Position numbers and translations under genes: made by a program. From Candidatus Melainabacteria bacterium (GTDB lineage: Bacteria > Cyanobacteriota > Vampirovibrionia > 2-02-FULL-35-15): 64,000 bases of DNA. The notes under the pieces are model-generated. The model was not told the origin of the DNA and did no database searches. It saw only the letters and a list, made by a program, of their open reading frames with translations. Positions 1 to 9,566 of the stretch are shown one piece after another (the first letter of the stretch is position 1; the number at the start of each line of letters is the position of its first letter). The stretch spans positions 66,428-130,427 of the forward strand of contig JAHFBE010000001.1 of NCBI GenBank assembly GCA_023250205.1. Direction: 5' to 3'.

Positions 1-325
1 TAATTATTTTTTGTGCTTCTAAAAGTTCTCTTAATCCAATTTTTGATAACCCCCAGACACTCGGTATAGAAGTACATATGTTTCTTAGTCTTTCTACTGA
101 ACCACCTTCCTGATCAACAGAAATAAATGGCTTTATTGTAAAACATTTATTAATATCAACAATTAGTTTTTTTACTTGTTTTTTATCTTTTATATTACAT
201 TCAAAAAGAATTATTCCGCCAGGTTGGACTGTTTCCAAAAATTGTTTTGTCTTCTTTGTTAAGGTATAGCCCTCAAATCCCACAAAGAATAATTGTCCCA
301 GTTTTGTAGATAAATCTATAGTCAC
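1..325 (-). CDS. Partial (N-terminal part; gene continues beyond window start) glycoside hydrolase family 3 beta-N-acetylhexosaminidase-like protein (NagZ-like).
   Basis: Manual reverse-strand translation of 1..340 gives ...STKLGQLFFVGFEGYTLTKKTKQFLETVQPGGIILFECNIKDKKQV...KPFISVDQEGGSVERLRNI..., which matches the GH3 N-terminal hallmark (KLGQL..G..G, VDQEGG.V.R). No ATG; the likely GTG start is near 325. Not in the ORF track (truncated). Confidence 0.55.
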   Translation of the reverse strand, partial: MTIDLSTKLGQLFFVGFEGYTLTKKTKQFLETVQPGGIILFECNIKDKKQVKKLIVDINKCFTIKPFISVDQEGGSVERLRNICTSIPSVWGLSKIGLRELLEAQKII

Positions 326-360
326 AAAGAAAATGATAGCAAAGTATAAGATTCTATGTT

Positions 361-458
361 ATTGCGAGCCAAACGAAGTGAGGCGTGGCAATCCAAATCG
401 TTTTACACAAGTTAGAACGGGATTGCTTCGTCGCTAATGCTCCTCGCAATGACAAATT
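361..458. repeat. Two adjacent copies (opposite orientation) of the short imperfect palindromic element family (…ATTGCGAGCC…GGCAAT… / GATTGCTTCGTCG…CTCCTCGCAATGACA).
   Basis: Shares the ATTGC…GCAATGACA motif with the elements at 10338, 12062, 32104 and 56432. Intergenic, upstream of pdxJ. Confidence 0.6.
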
Positions 459-578
459 TGCAATAAAAAAAGAACCTTGCGGTTCCTTATATTTCTTCTT
501 TAATTTAACGTGAATATATTATTCCACGCCAGGTGGCCTTTATAACATGGGGTATACCTGAAAAAAATAAAGGATTGT

Positions 579-1325
579 TTAACTTGCCAGCAGTTTCATT
601 TCTCGAACAGCTTCTTTAATACCAACTATTACTGCCCTGCTAATAACAGAATGTCCTATATGAAGTTGTTCTATATCTGGCAGTTTTGCTATTGCTGCTG
701 TATTTTGATAATTCAACCCATGCCCTGCATTTATTTTTAAACCTATGCTTTTCCCAAATTCAATTGCTTCTTTTACTGTACTTAATTCTTTATCATTTGG
801 ATTTTCAGCATATGGTCCTGTATGAACTTCTATAAAATCAGCTCCTATTTCTTTTGCAATTTGTATTTGTTCTTTATCAGCATTTATAAAAATGCTTATT
901 GTTAAATTCTTTTTATGTAATTTTTCTAAGTATTCAGTTAAATATTTTTTTTGACCCGTTACATTTAACCCACCTTCAGTAGTTAATTCTTGTCTCTTTT
1001 CTGGCACAAGCGTAATAAGTCCAGGCTTTATTTTTGATACAATTTCAAGCATTTCATCTGTAGCTGCCATCTCCAAGGTAAAGAGAACAGAGTTACTAAT
1101 GTCATCCTGAGTTTTAGCAAAGGACTCAGAATGACATAGAAGCTGGCTAAGCAAAAGGACATCTCTATCATTTATATGTCTTCTATCTTCGCGCAGATGA
1201 ACAGTTATACCATCAGCTCCACCTTCAATTGCAAGCTTTGCTCCTAATATAGGATCGGGCTCTATAGTTTTTCTGGCTTCCCGTACAGTAGCAATATGAT
1301 CAATATTTATACATAGTTTTGGCAT
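579..1325 (-). CDS. pdxJ: Pyridoxine 5'-phosphate synthase PdxJ. The ORF-track start at 1364 overlaps tyrA; the likely true start is ATG at 1325 (MPKLCINIDH…).
   Basis: Motifs INIDHIATVREAR and GADGITVHLREDRRHINDRDV match the PdxJ signature. Carries a ~15-aa insertion relative to E. coli PdxJ, encoded by a palindromic element. Confidence 0.9.
   Translation of the reverse strand: MPKLCINIDHIATVREARKTIEPDPILGAKLAIEGGADGITVHLREDRRHINDRDVLLLSQLLCHSESFAKTQDDISNSVLFTLEMAATDEMLEIVSKIKPGLITLVPEKRQELTTEGGLNVTGQKKYLTEYLEKLHKKNLTISIFINADKEQIQIAKEIGADFIEVHTGPYAENPNDKELSTVKEAIEFGKSIGLKINAGHGLNYQNTAAIAKLPDIEQLHIGHSVISRAVIVGIKEAVREMKLLAS
1100..1136. repeat. 37-nt imperfect palindrome TGTCATCCTGAGT…ACTCAGAATGACA embedded in-frame in pdxJ. 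It encodes CHSESFAKTQDD on the minus strand.
   Basis: Inverted termini TGTCAT/ATGACA are shared with the intergenic element family. Sits exactly where this PdxJ is ~15 aa longer than E. coli PdxJ (between RDV and LEMA). Confidence 0.6.
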
Positions 1326-1358
1326 ATAGAAATTATAGCGATAATCTCTGTAGAAACA

Positions 1359-2312
1359 TTGCATACAACGTATCTACAGAATATAATGTTTCAGATGACA
1401 TTCAAAAATAATATAAAAAATATAGCAATAATCGGACTTGGTTTAATTGGTGGATCACTTGCAAAAGCTTTAAAAGGAAAAGGCTTCTCAATTACAGGAA
1501 TCACAAAGAGTCCTAAAACAATAAGACTAGCACTTAAAGAAAAAGCTATTTCAAGAGGTTTTACAAAGTTAAGTTCAAAGGCATTAGAAAATATAGATAT
1601 TGTTTTTATTTGTACTCCACTACCTCTGATAAAAGATTATTTAAATAAAATTTCAAAGTTAAATTTAAAAAATAGGATTATTATTACTGATGTTGGAAGT
1701 ACAAAGTCAGAGATTTGCAAATATGCAAAGAAAATTTTCTCCACTCAATACTCCATACCCCATACTCAATACTCATTCATAGGCGGTCATCCAATGGCAG
1801 GTACTGAAAAATCAGGATTCACTGCATCAGAAAAAGATTTATTTAAAAATCGTGCCTGGATACTAACTCCTACAAAAAAAGACAATTCCACCCTTAATAA
1901 ACTCAAAACAATAATTAACAAAGTGGGCGGGATTCCAATAATAACCACACCTGAAGAACATGATCGAGCAGTAGCACTTGTTAGTCACTTACCTCTACTT
2001 GCATCAATAGGACTTTGTCAGATTACAAAAGAATCTAATTTTAATAAATTAGCATCAATAATTGCTTCTAGCGGATTTAGAGATACCACAAGAATTGCTG
2101 GAGGGAATTCAGAAATGAATTCTAATCTTTTACTTTCAAATTCAATTGAGCTACAAAAATTGTTACCCGTATATTTAAAAGGATTAAATAATCTCCTTAA
2201 AATGGCAAAAACAAAATCAACAAATTTGTATAAGAAATTAAATATTGTAAGTGATTGGAGGAACCAGCTTTACAATTCAAGAGGGAAAAACAATCTTTTA
2301 AAAACATGGTAG
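1359..2312 (+). CDS. tyrA: Prephenate/arogenate dehydrogenase (TyrA family). The true start is probably an internal Met (MFQMTFKNN… near 1388).
   Basis: Rossmann motif IAIIGLGLIGGSLA and GGHPMAGTEKSG. The ORF-track start overlaps the divergent pdxJ. Confidence 0.8.
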   Translation: MHTTYLQNIMFQMTFKNNIKNIAIIGLGLIGGSLAKALKGKGFSITGITKSPKTIRLALKEKAISRGFTKLSSKALENIDIVFICTPLPLIKDYLNKISKLNLKNRIIITDVGSTKSEICKYAKKIFSTQYSIPHTQYSFIGGHPMAGTEKSGFTASEKDLFKNRAWILTPTKKDNSTLNKLKTIINKVGGIPIITTPEEHDRAVALVSHLPLLASIGLCQITKESNFNKLASIIASSGFRDTTRIAGGNSEMNSNLLLSNSIELQKLLPVYLKGLNNLLKMAKTKSTNLYKKLNIVSDWRNQLYNSRGKNNLLKTW

Positions 2313-2849
2313 ATCACCTATCCTTCCTTTGCTAGAAACTTCACAACAAGATTCTTGATTAAAGTTTTGTATTATTTCATTTAAACTTTCTAACGAATCA
2401 ACAACTGCTCTGCTTGGAATAACGAGGTTTGGCGGTATAGAAATGTTTTTTATAATCACATTATCTTCAATTAAACAATTTCTTCCAATATTAGAGCCTA
2501 CAATCATTGTTTTATTACCAATAAACGTTTCATCAGAAATCAATGAAGGACCATATATTTCAACATAACTTGATATAAAGACTTTGTTACCTATAAATAT
2601 ATTTTTAGTTCTTCCTGGAGAAGATTCATCTGCAAGTATTAAAATTTTTTCTCTAATGTTAGTATCTTTGCCTATTACGATTATTGAACCACTTTTAGAG
2701 ATGATCATGCTTTTACCTATATTTGTATTTCCTCCAACAAAAATTTCTCCAATAATTTCAGCCTCTGAATTACAATAAACATTTGATGCAAAATGTGGTT
2801 TACCCTTTCTAGGCAAAAAGGTCTTCCTAAGAATCGACCAATGATTCAT
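2298..2849 (-). CDS. Hexapeptide-repeat (left-handed beta-helix) acyl/acetyltransferase.
   Basis: Repeated [LIV]-G-x-x-x-x hexapeptide pattern (IGNKVFI, IGNKTMI, IGRNCLI, VIGKDTNI). Confidence 0.6.
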   Translation of the reverse strand: MNHWSILRKTFLPRKGKPHFASNVYCNSEAEIIGEIFVGGNTNIGKSMIISKSGSIIVIGKDTNIREKILILADESSPGRTKNIFIGNKVFISSYVEIYGPSLISDETFIGNKTMIVGSNIGRNCLIEDNVIIKNISIPPNLVIPSRAVVDSLESLNEIIQNFNQESCCEVSSKGRIGDLPCF

Positions 2850-3050
2850 AATAATGTCCTTTTAAATAATTCTGATAAAGCAAAAGCTAACTAAACTGGG
2901 AGTCTTATTGTCCTGTTCACCTAACTAATCTTTTTCTTATTTAGTACTTTTTATTATTGTAGATTATTTAACCTAATTTGTCTAGATGCATTGTAAAGAT
3001 TTTCCATTAAGTTTTCTTTCATAGACCTTACCTAGTTTAAGAAGAATGGT

Positions 3051-3677
3051 TTATTCACTTACCATTTGGTTAATTCTATGTTTTTTTAATTTGTAAGATA
3101 CCGGATTTGCAATTAAAATTGCACTGCTTTCCATAATAGTTTCAATTGCAATCAAATTGTTAGCTTTTAGAGTTTTTCCGGTAGCAACCAAGTCAATAAT
3201 TGCATCACTTAAACCAAGTATTGGAGCCAATTCTACAGAACCATACAATTTTATTATTTCTGCAGACAATCCCTTCTTATGGATGTAATCATTTGCTAGT
3301 TTTGTAAATTTCGTAGCAATCTTTGCATTTGCAGGAAGAGCCTCGGATTTTTTATACTTTGAATTCTTTTTTACAGCTACAACCAGTTTACATTTACCAA
3401 AATGTAGATCTTTTAATTTTGCCACATCTGGAACCAGTTCTCCTAAAAGATCAGAACCTACAACCCCTATATCAGCACTTCCATGTTCAACGTAAACACT
3501 GACATCAGTAGGTCTCACAAGAATCCCTTTAACATTATTTTTTCTGTCATAAAAAACCAGATCCCTTGAACTCTCAGATTCAAAATTTATTCCTAAAGAA
3601 GATAAATACTTATACGTTCCTTCATGTAAGAAACCTTTTGGAATAGCAATTGTTAATTCTTCCTGATTCTTTTTCAT
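3051..3677 (-). CDS. hisG: ATP phosphoribosyltransferase, short form (HisG_S).
   Basis: 208 aa. Motifs LTIAIPKG, VRPTDVSVYVEHGSADIGVVGSD and LVATGKTLKAN. Translationally coupled to the upstream hisZ. Confidence 0.9.
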   Translation of the reverse strand: MKKNQEELTIAIPKGFLHEGTYKYLSSLGINFESESSRDLVFYDRKNNVKGILVRPTDVSVYVEHGSADIGVVGSDLLGELVPDVAKLKDLHFGKCKLVVAVKKNSKYKKSEALPANAKIATKFTKLANDYIHKKGLSAEIIKLYGSVELAPILGLSDAIIDLVATGKTLKANNLIAIETIMESSAILIANPVSYKLKKHRINQMVSE

Positions 3678-4750
3678 AATTTTAGTGTTGCACTCTTATT
3701 CTTCTTATGAGATGTGCTTATAGCTAAGAACGTTTTCTTTACATCTTTTCCAGGAGAAAAAAGTTCTGGCAATTTACTCTTGTCAAATTTTTTACCTTGT
3801 AATTCAAGTGCTAATAGCAAATCTTCAAGGCAAAGAGAAAATCCGACAGCTGGAACATCCAGACCAAACTTGTTAATCAACTGATCATATCTACCGCCAG
3901 AACCAAGTGCCCTTCCAAGATAGGGAGTAATTGCTTCAAAATAAATTCCAGTATAGTAATCTACATCACTTGTCAAACTCAGATCAATTTGTATACTCTG
4001 ACTAAATAAATTATTTATCTTTTCAAAGAAAGAAATAACTTTACCAAGTCTCTTTTTTAATTTGGGATGCTGTTTTATATGAGCGATGGATTCCTTTGTA
4101 TTATTAGCTTTTATTAATCCATTCCAAAACGCTTTATCAGCCTTTGACAGTTTGGATTTATTTATAATAGACTTGAACAAAATTAAATCTTTCTTTGAAA
4201 GTGCTCTATATAGCTCACTTGCAACAACACCAAAGTATTTAAACAATTCATTCCAGAAACTTGTATGATTAACTGATAAAAGACATTTTTTTAATCCGAG
4301 TTTTTCAAGACTTTCAATTAGAATCTTTAAGCATTCCAGATCTGAAGCCCCCTCTTTCGCTCCAATTAGCTCAATGCCAATCTGATACAGCTCTCTTTCA
4401 TTTGTAGTTTTTCTAGCATGATACCTGAAGACTTTTCCAACATAGTAAAACCGAAAAGGAAGTTTTTCTCCTTTCAATCTTTCTGCAGTAACTCTTGCTA
4501 TCGGTGTAGTTAAATCAGCTCTTAAAGCAAGCAAATCACCATGTTGCCCAATAAGCTTAAAAGCAATGTCAGAAAGCTTTTTACTGCTCTGAGTTAAGGT
4601 ATCCCAGTTTATTAATATTGGAGTCTGAATGGGCTGATAGCCCCATAATTCAAAGACTTTTACAAGAGACTTCCTAACAAATTCCTGCTTTGCAACTTCA
4701 TCTGGCAACCAGTCTCTTGAGCCCTTTGGATTTCTTAGAAACTTTTTCAT
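3674..4750 (-). CDS. hisZ: ATP phosphoribosyltransferase regulatory subunit HisZ (HisRS-like).
   Basis: Class II aaRS-like core (RFYYVGKVFRYH, ELYQIGIELIG, GGRYDQL). Overlaps hisG by 4 nt. Confidence 0.85.
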   Translation of the reverse strand: MKKFLRNPKGSRDWLPDEVAKQEFVRKSLVKVFELWGYQPIQTPILINWDTLTQSSKKLSDIAFKLIGQHGDLLALRADLTTPIARVTAERLKGEKLPFRFYYVGKVFRYHARKTTNERELYQIGIELIGAKEGASDLECLKILIESLEKLGLKKCLLSVNHTSFWNELFKYFGVVASELYRALSKKDLILFKSIINKSKLSKADKAFWNGLIKANNTKESIAHIKQHPKLKKRLGKVISFFEKINNLFSQSIQIDLSLTSDVDYYTGIYFEAITPYLGRALGSGGRYDQLINKFGLDVPAVGFSLCLEDLLLALELQGKKFDKSKLPELFSPGKDVKKTFLAISTSHKKNKSATLKL

Positions 4751-4759
4751 TTATTTTAA

Positions 4760-5641
4760 TTATCTATTTCCGTTTACAGGTATTGGTTTCGGGGATTCTT
4801 TCAGTAAATCTCCGATTGATAATATAGCATTTTTAGCTCCGGTTATCACAGGGATTTCTCCTTCCCTTTGTTCAAGTTGTTCCAGGAATTCAAGCTCAGC
4901 AATTCTAGGATCAGCCTGAATTGCTTGTCCTTTTACAGCAAGAGCTTTTGCATCACCTTCACCTTCTATTATTCTTCTTTCTTTATCTCTCTCTGCTGTT
5001 TTTTTAATCCAGTTTTGTCTTTGAGATTCCTGAAGAGCAATTTGTTTTCTTTCAACTGCTTCCGCAAATCCCTGAGAAAAAACAATTCCTCTTATCAAAA
5101 ATTCATCCAGGACTACACCACTTTTTAAGAACGAACTTCGGAGAGATTTCTGAGCATCCTGCGCAAGCCCCATTCTCCCTGAAGTGTAGACTGTCTCTAT
5201 CGGATATTTTGCAACAATGTTTCTAAGAATGCTTCTTGTCTGTGGAACAATCAACTTATCCACATAATCTTTTCCCAAATCCTGGTGCAACGCCCAACAC
5301 TTTTCCTGATCTAAATGAGCAATAACTGTTGCATCAATATCAATCTGCTGTCCATCATTTGTCTGGCACTTTATGGGAGCTCCAACACCTCCTATTTCAT
5401 ATCCATCAGTAAAACTATAAGGGATTTTTCTTACCTCATAGTTTGTAACTGTTTCAATAACAGGAATTACAATATTGATTCCTTCATTTAAAACTCTTTT
5501 CTCAACACCACCAAACAAATTAAAAACTACTCCAACATGCCCCGCAGGAACAACTTTTATCATTCCTCCACCAAAGACAAGAAGACCAACTATTATTGCG
5601 GTAAGTCCAATTGCTATAGAATTTTCTCTACTTTTATTCAT
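4760..5641 (-). CDS. SPFH/band-7 (prohibitin/HflC-like) membrane protein.
   Basis: N-terminal TM segment then an SPFH domain (VVPAGHVGVVFNLFGGV…). K/E-rich coiled-coil C-terminus. Confidence 0.8.
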   Translation of the reverse strand: MNKSRENSIAIGLTAIIVGLLVFGGGMIKVVPAGHVGVVFNLFGGVEKRVLNEGINIVIPVIETVTNYEVRKIPYSFTDGYEIGGVGAPIKCQTNDGQQIDIDATVIAHLDQEKCWALHQDLGKDYVDKLIVPQTRSILRNIVAKYPIETVYTSGRMGLAQDAQKSLRSSFLKSGVVLDEFLIRGIVFSQGFAEAVERKQIALQESQRQNWIKKTAERDKERRIIEGEGDAKALAVKGQAIQADPRIAELEFLEQLEQREGEIPVITGAKNAILSIGDLLKESPKPIPVNGNR

Positions 5642-6506
5642 TGTTTAAAATTAATTTTGCTCTCTTCCCATATACTTGTGCTCGCCTATATTTTACATAT
5701 TCAGGATTTGCCCTTAATGCATTTACTCTTAAGCCAATTGCTTTTGCCTCTCCTTCTGCCTGTAAAATTTTTGCATCACGTTTTGCCCTTTCACTAGCTA
5801 GAACATATTCCATTTTTAGGTATTCCTGGAGAGCTTGTTGCTTTCTATCAATAGAATCCTGAAACTCTTTAGAAAATCTCACATTTCTAATCAAAACTTC
5901 TTCTACATCTATAAAATATTTTTTTGCAAGATCATTTTGTAGCTCCTGTTGAATTTGATTTTGGATCTCCTGCCTTTTCATGCTATAAACATCTTCAACA
6001 GGATATTCTGCTAGAACTTCTCTTAAAACTGATCTTGATTTTGGGAATAATACTTTATAAGCATAATAAGGCCCGACAAACTTATGAAGCTTCCATATCT
6101 CAAATGGATTTGGTCTTGCTCTCACAGAAAGCTCCACATCAACCCTTTGTCCATCAGAAGTTAGTGAATGAATTTCTGAACCAATAACTTTTCCCTGTTT
6201 GCCTTGTTCAGAAGTAAAGTTATAAGTAGCCTGTTTTATATCATAGATTGTTGCTGACTGAATAAACGGGACAATTATATGGATCCCTTCTCCAAGAATT
6301 CTTTTTTCTACTCCTCCAAATATATTAAAAATAACTGCTCTTTCACCAGCATCTACTCTTACAACTGAACCACTTAAAAACAATAAAATTAAAGCAACAA
6401 AAATGAAGTATCCCCAAAATTGCTTTAACCAAATTAAAAGACTATCCAAGTCCTGTATCCTCTTAGGATTTGGTGAAAAAAAGTCTGGGATTTCAATCTC
6501 AGGCAT
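5634..6506 (-). CDS. SPFH/band-7 (prohibitin/HflK-like) membrane protein, paralog of the adjacent gene.
   Basis: TM segment plus SPFH motif (VRVDAGERAVIFNIFGGV). Overlaps the downstream paralog by 8 nt (operon). Confidence 0.8.
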   Translation of the reverse strand: MPEIEIPDFFSPNPKRIQDLDSLLIWLKQFWGYFIFVALILLFLSGSVVRVDAGERAVIFNIFGGVEKRILGEGIHIIVPFIQSATIYDIKQATYNFTSEQGKQGKVIGSEIHSLTSDGQRVDVELSVRARPNPFEIWKLHKFVGPYYAYKVLFPKSRSVLREVLAEYPVEDVYSMKRQEIQNQIQQELQNDLAKKYFIDVEEVLIRNVRFSKEFQDSIDRKQQALQEYLKMEYVLASERAKRDAKILQAEGEAKAIGLRVNALRANPEYVKYRRAQVYGKRAKLILNNE

Positions 6507-6621
6507 AACTAAGTCCTAAAATAGCATATATGTCCAACTTAAGATAATACCAGACAAAAGAAATGTTTAACATTGGTACTTTTTACCGGGAATTCATCTC
6601 TATCCCGGGAATAATAACGAT

Positions 6622-7827
6622 ATGGCAAGGAATAAAAACAAAGAATTAATTAGACAAATTGGGATTAATCCTGACAAGCCAGATTCCTTTCAATCTTCTA
6701 ATGAACCATTAATGAATAATTTATTTCTTTGGTCTCAGGAAAAAATAGAATTTCAGGATTTAATTCAAAGTTTTTTTGGAGTTAAGGTACGTACTAAACT
6801 TGTTGCTATTTTACTTGATTTAGATGTTAATAACTGGATCGGAATTGGTGCTTCATGGCAACACAACAATCAAAATGGTCAAATCAGAATTGATTCAAAG
6901 CTAACTGAATTCCTTCTAAACAATGCCTTTGGAGAATCAACTACAAACTATCCTTTCAATATAAAAAAGCTTACTCAGCTTGAGTTGAATATTTTACAAA
7001 CATTCTTAGGACAAATCGAAAATAGGATGAAAGAATTTTGGGAAGTAGATGCTAAACATCCACACTTAATGGATCTTATATATCTAGTCTGGCTAGTTGA
7101 GTCAGATGAAGGAGAACTTGGAAGGATTTGTTTTGGAATACCAGCGACTTTTAAACCTAAGAAATCCACAAATAAGGAAAATGTAGATTTTTCTGAACAG
7201 ATCGACCTTAGAAAACTAGCTAATACGGGTATAAAAGTACCGATAGAACTTCAAGTTGGTACTACGAGACTCTCATTTAAAGAAATTAGATCCTTAGAAT
7301 TAGATGATCTAGTTATATTTGAAGATAGTGATATTTCAAGATTTTATTGGCACTTAGGGGAAATAGGCCTCGTCTTACCAGAAGAAGATCACCCGATATT
7401 TTTAAAAGAAGTAAATAATATTGAAGAATTGGCAGATGAAATGATAAAAACAACAAAAAATCACGATGAAGATCCACTATCAAGTTTACCTTTAGAACTT
7501 TCTGCAGAATTTCAGAAAGTTTTCATTCCACTAAAACAAGTTTTAGAACTTAAGTCCGGTGGAGTTCTCCCTCTTGGCTCTGTATTAGATTCAGAACTTA
7601 TTTTAACAGCACAGGGTAAGCCCGTAGCAAAAGGAGAATTGGTAATTGTAGGGAACCAATTTGGCATGAGAATTACTGACCTATTAATTTCCACTAAAAA
7701 ATCTTCTAAGGGTTCAGGAGTTGAGATAGAAGATTTAATAACCGAACCACCAGGCAAGCAAGATAAGCCCAGAGGAGAAAAAGGCGGAAGCTTTGAGGAT
7801 GAATTAAAAGATCTTGAGGAGATGTAA
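6622..7827 (+). CDS. Flagellar motor switch protein, FliM/FliN-like with a C-terminal SpoA domain.
   Basis: The C-terminal ~80 aa (LKSGGVLPLGSVLDSELILTAQGKPVAKGELVIVGNQFGMRITDLL) fit the SpoA/FliN fold. Immediately upstream of fliO/P/Q/R. Confidence 0.5.
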   Translation: MARNKNKELIRQIGINPDKPDSFQSSNEPLMNNLFLWSQEKIEFQDLIQSFFGVKVRTKLVAILLDLDVNNWIGIGASWQHNNQNGQIRIDSKLTEFLLNNAFGESTTNYPFNIKKLTQLELNILQTFLGQIENRMKEFWEVDAKHPHLMDLIYLVWLVESDEGELGRICFGIPATFKPKKSTNKENVDFSEQIDLRKLANTGIKVPIELQVGTTRLSFKEIRSLELDDLVIFEDSDISRFYWHLGEIGLVLPEEDHPIFLKEVNNIEELADEMIKTTKNHDEDPLSSLPLELSAEFQKVFIPLKQVLELKSGGVLPLGSVLDSELILTAQGKPVAKGELVIVGNQFGMRITDLLISTKKSSKGSGVEIEDLITEPPGKQDKPRGEKGGSFEDELKDLEEM

Positions 7828-8108
7828 TGGAAGATCTACTCAATATCCTAATAAAACTTGCTGTGATTTTCACAGGGTGTGGTTTTAGTTCTCTACTCGC
7901 ATATTGGGCTGCACGTGAAGCAAAATCAATTCCTACATTGATTTTAGAATCCGAGCAAAAATTTGACAAAGGAAAGATTTTATTTACTAAGAAAGAAAAA
8001 GTAAGTTCTGAGTCAGGATTTTATGAAATTTTTATTCCTGGGAATAGTAAGAACAGAGGTTTAAGAATATTTTCTTGTCACAGAGGAATGAAGATTCTAA
8101 CTAAATAA
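7827..8108 (+). CDS. FliO-like small single-TM flagellar export protein.
   Basis: 93 aa with one N-terminal TM helix. Sits between the FliN-like gene and fliP, the canonical fliO position. Start overlaps the upstream stop. Confidence 0.45.
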   Translation: MEDLLNILIKLAVIFTGCGFSSLLAYWAAREAKSIPTLILESEQKFDKGKILFTKKEKVSSESGFYEIFIPGNSKNRGLRIFSCHRGMKILTK

Positions 8109-8121
8109 AAGGTTAGTCACA

Positions 8122-8772
8122 ATGAATTGGGAAAATGCACTGCCAGACTTAGAACCATCACTACAAATCGTTGTTTTAATGGTCTTGTTATCAATGCTTC
8201 CACTCATGATAGTAACAATGACTCCGTTTTTAAGAATAAGCATCATTTTGGGATTACTAAGAACTTCATTAGGAACACAGCAAATCCCTCCAAACATGGT
8301 AGTCATTGGAATGGCAATAATCTTAACCAGCTATATTATGGGACCTACTTTAAATGAAATTAATGAAAAAGCTTTAATACCTTTAAGCAATCAGAGAATC
8401 ACTGTCCCACAAGCTGTAGGAGAGGCATACAAACCTCTACGAAGATTCATGCTTAAACAAACTGAGACAAAAGATCTTGCTTTTTTCTATAGATTAAGCA
8501 ATACTCCTAACCCTAAAAGCCCTGATGAAGTCGAGTTTAGACCGCTAATTTCAGCATTTTTATTAAGTGAGCTTAGAACATCATTTCAAATTGGATTTTT
8601 AATATTTATTCCATTTCTTGTAATAGATTTAATCATTGCTAACATTCTTCTTGCACTGGGTATGATAATGCTATCCCCAACAATTGTTTCATTACCATTC
8701 AAGCTATTAATTTTTGTTGCGGTTGATGGTTGGTCACTGATTATAAAAGGATTAGTGCAAAGTTTTAATTAA
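8122..8772 (+). CDS. fliP: Flagellar biosynthesis protein FliP (SctR family).
   Basis: Highly conserved FliP motifs (TMTPFLRISIILGLLR, GTQQIPPNMV, LSPTIVSLPFKLLIFV). Confidence 0.92.
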   Translation: MNWENALPDLEPSLQIVVLMVLLSMLPLMIVTMTPFLRISIILGLLRTSLGTQQIPPNMVVIGMAIILTSYIMGPTLNEINEKALIPLSNQRITVPQAVGEAYKPLRRFMLKQTETKDLAFFYRLSNTPNPKSPDEVEFRPLISAFLLSELRTSFQIGFLIFIPFLVIDLIIANILLALGMIMLSPTIVSLPFKLLIFVAVDGWSLIIKGLVQSFN

Positions 8773-8807
8773 TCCTGTTATAAACTTCAAAAAGGAGAGC
8801 TAGGGAA

Positions 8808-9563
8808 TTGGATTGGATGCCACAAGCAGTAAAAGATGGGATAATTGTGGTTCTAATTATTTCAGGTCCACTTGTAGCAGCAGCAGCATTAATCGGGCTT
8901 GTTGTTGGTATCTTACAGGCAGCCACACAAGTTCAAGAACAAACACTAGGATCTGCATTAAAAATTATTGGAGTATTTGCACTTATTATTATTGGTGGAT
9001 TCTGGATGTTTCAATACTTGAATCAATATACTTCAAGAACTCTTTCCACCGCCTTTACTATTGTTCCTAACCGAACACAAAAAGTAGTTCCTAAGAATTC
9101 TAAGGAAGGTGGGGATTTTGGAAATCAATTTAATAACAATAATTTCAATATTGAACCTCCTGAAAAAATCAAATCCAACCTCCCGGAAGGAGGGAGCATT
9201 CCTTCAAGCATTGAGTATCCAGGCAAACCTTCTACTCCTAAAATACCACCATCTGCAAGTAAGATTCTCCCGCCTTCAACTCCAAATATACCTTCACAAC
9301 CTATAGCAATGCCAAATATTCCTATTTCAGACTTTCAAGAACCTATTTCATTTCCTACAATGGAACAACAGTCTGATGAAAGCAATATTCAAATGCAAAC
9401 AGACGATTTTCCCCCACTGAACCTGGTCCCTGGAGATCCTATAAAAAAACAAATCACCAACCCGGATTTAACACAAAGAGAAGAAATTTTTTCAAATAAC
9501 AATACAAAAGAAAAAGCTATAGATGACACAGGAAACCAAGCCATAGAAAGTTGGCTGGAATAA
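8808..9563 (+). CDS. fliQ: Flagellar biosynthesis protein FliQ (SctS family) fused to a ~165-aa Pro-rich C-terminal extension.
   Basis: The first ~88 aa are canonical FliQ (two TMs, GLVVGILQAATQVQEQTL). The ORF then continues through a low-complexity P/S/N-rich tail. Confidence 0.8.
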   Translation: MDWMPQAVKDGIIVVLIISGPLVAAAALIGLVVGILQAATQVQEQTLGSALKIIGVFALIIIGGFWMFQYLNQYTSRTLSTAFTIVPNRTQKVVPKNSKEGGDFGNQFNNNNFNIEPPEKIKSNLPEGGSIPSSIEYPGKPSTPKIPPSASKILPPSTPNIPSQPIAMPNIPISDFQEPISFPTMEQQSDESNIQMQTDDFPPLNLVPGDPIKKQITNPDLTQREEIFSNNNTKEKAIDDTGNQAIESWLE

Positions 9564-9566
9564 ACC

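Noticed and set aside
1736-1790. Short internal near-repeat ACTCAATACTC… in tyrA, encoding STQYSIPHTQYSF.
   Set aside because: Small and in-frame. Likely a simple microduplication within a loop. No element-like termini.
2584-2778. Small ORFs overlapping annotated genes on the opposite strand (2584..2778, 4086..4268, 4868..5128, 5537..5862, 5924..6187, 6975..7169, 7512..7969, 8097..8357, 8813..9306, 10458..10691, 10945..11199, 11458..11928, 12270..12476, 13528..14042, 24392..25031, 25621..25815, 26701..26886, 29143..29325, 30304..30606, 32865..33089, 33931..34191, 36947..37132, 54026..54244, 54539..54727, 56813..57124, 57908..58120, 60361..60567).
   Set aside because: All are embedded in or antisense to ORFs with strong homology-type motif support. 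The AT-rich genome yields many spurious short ORFs. None has RBS or motif support.
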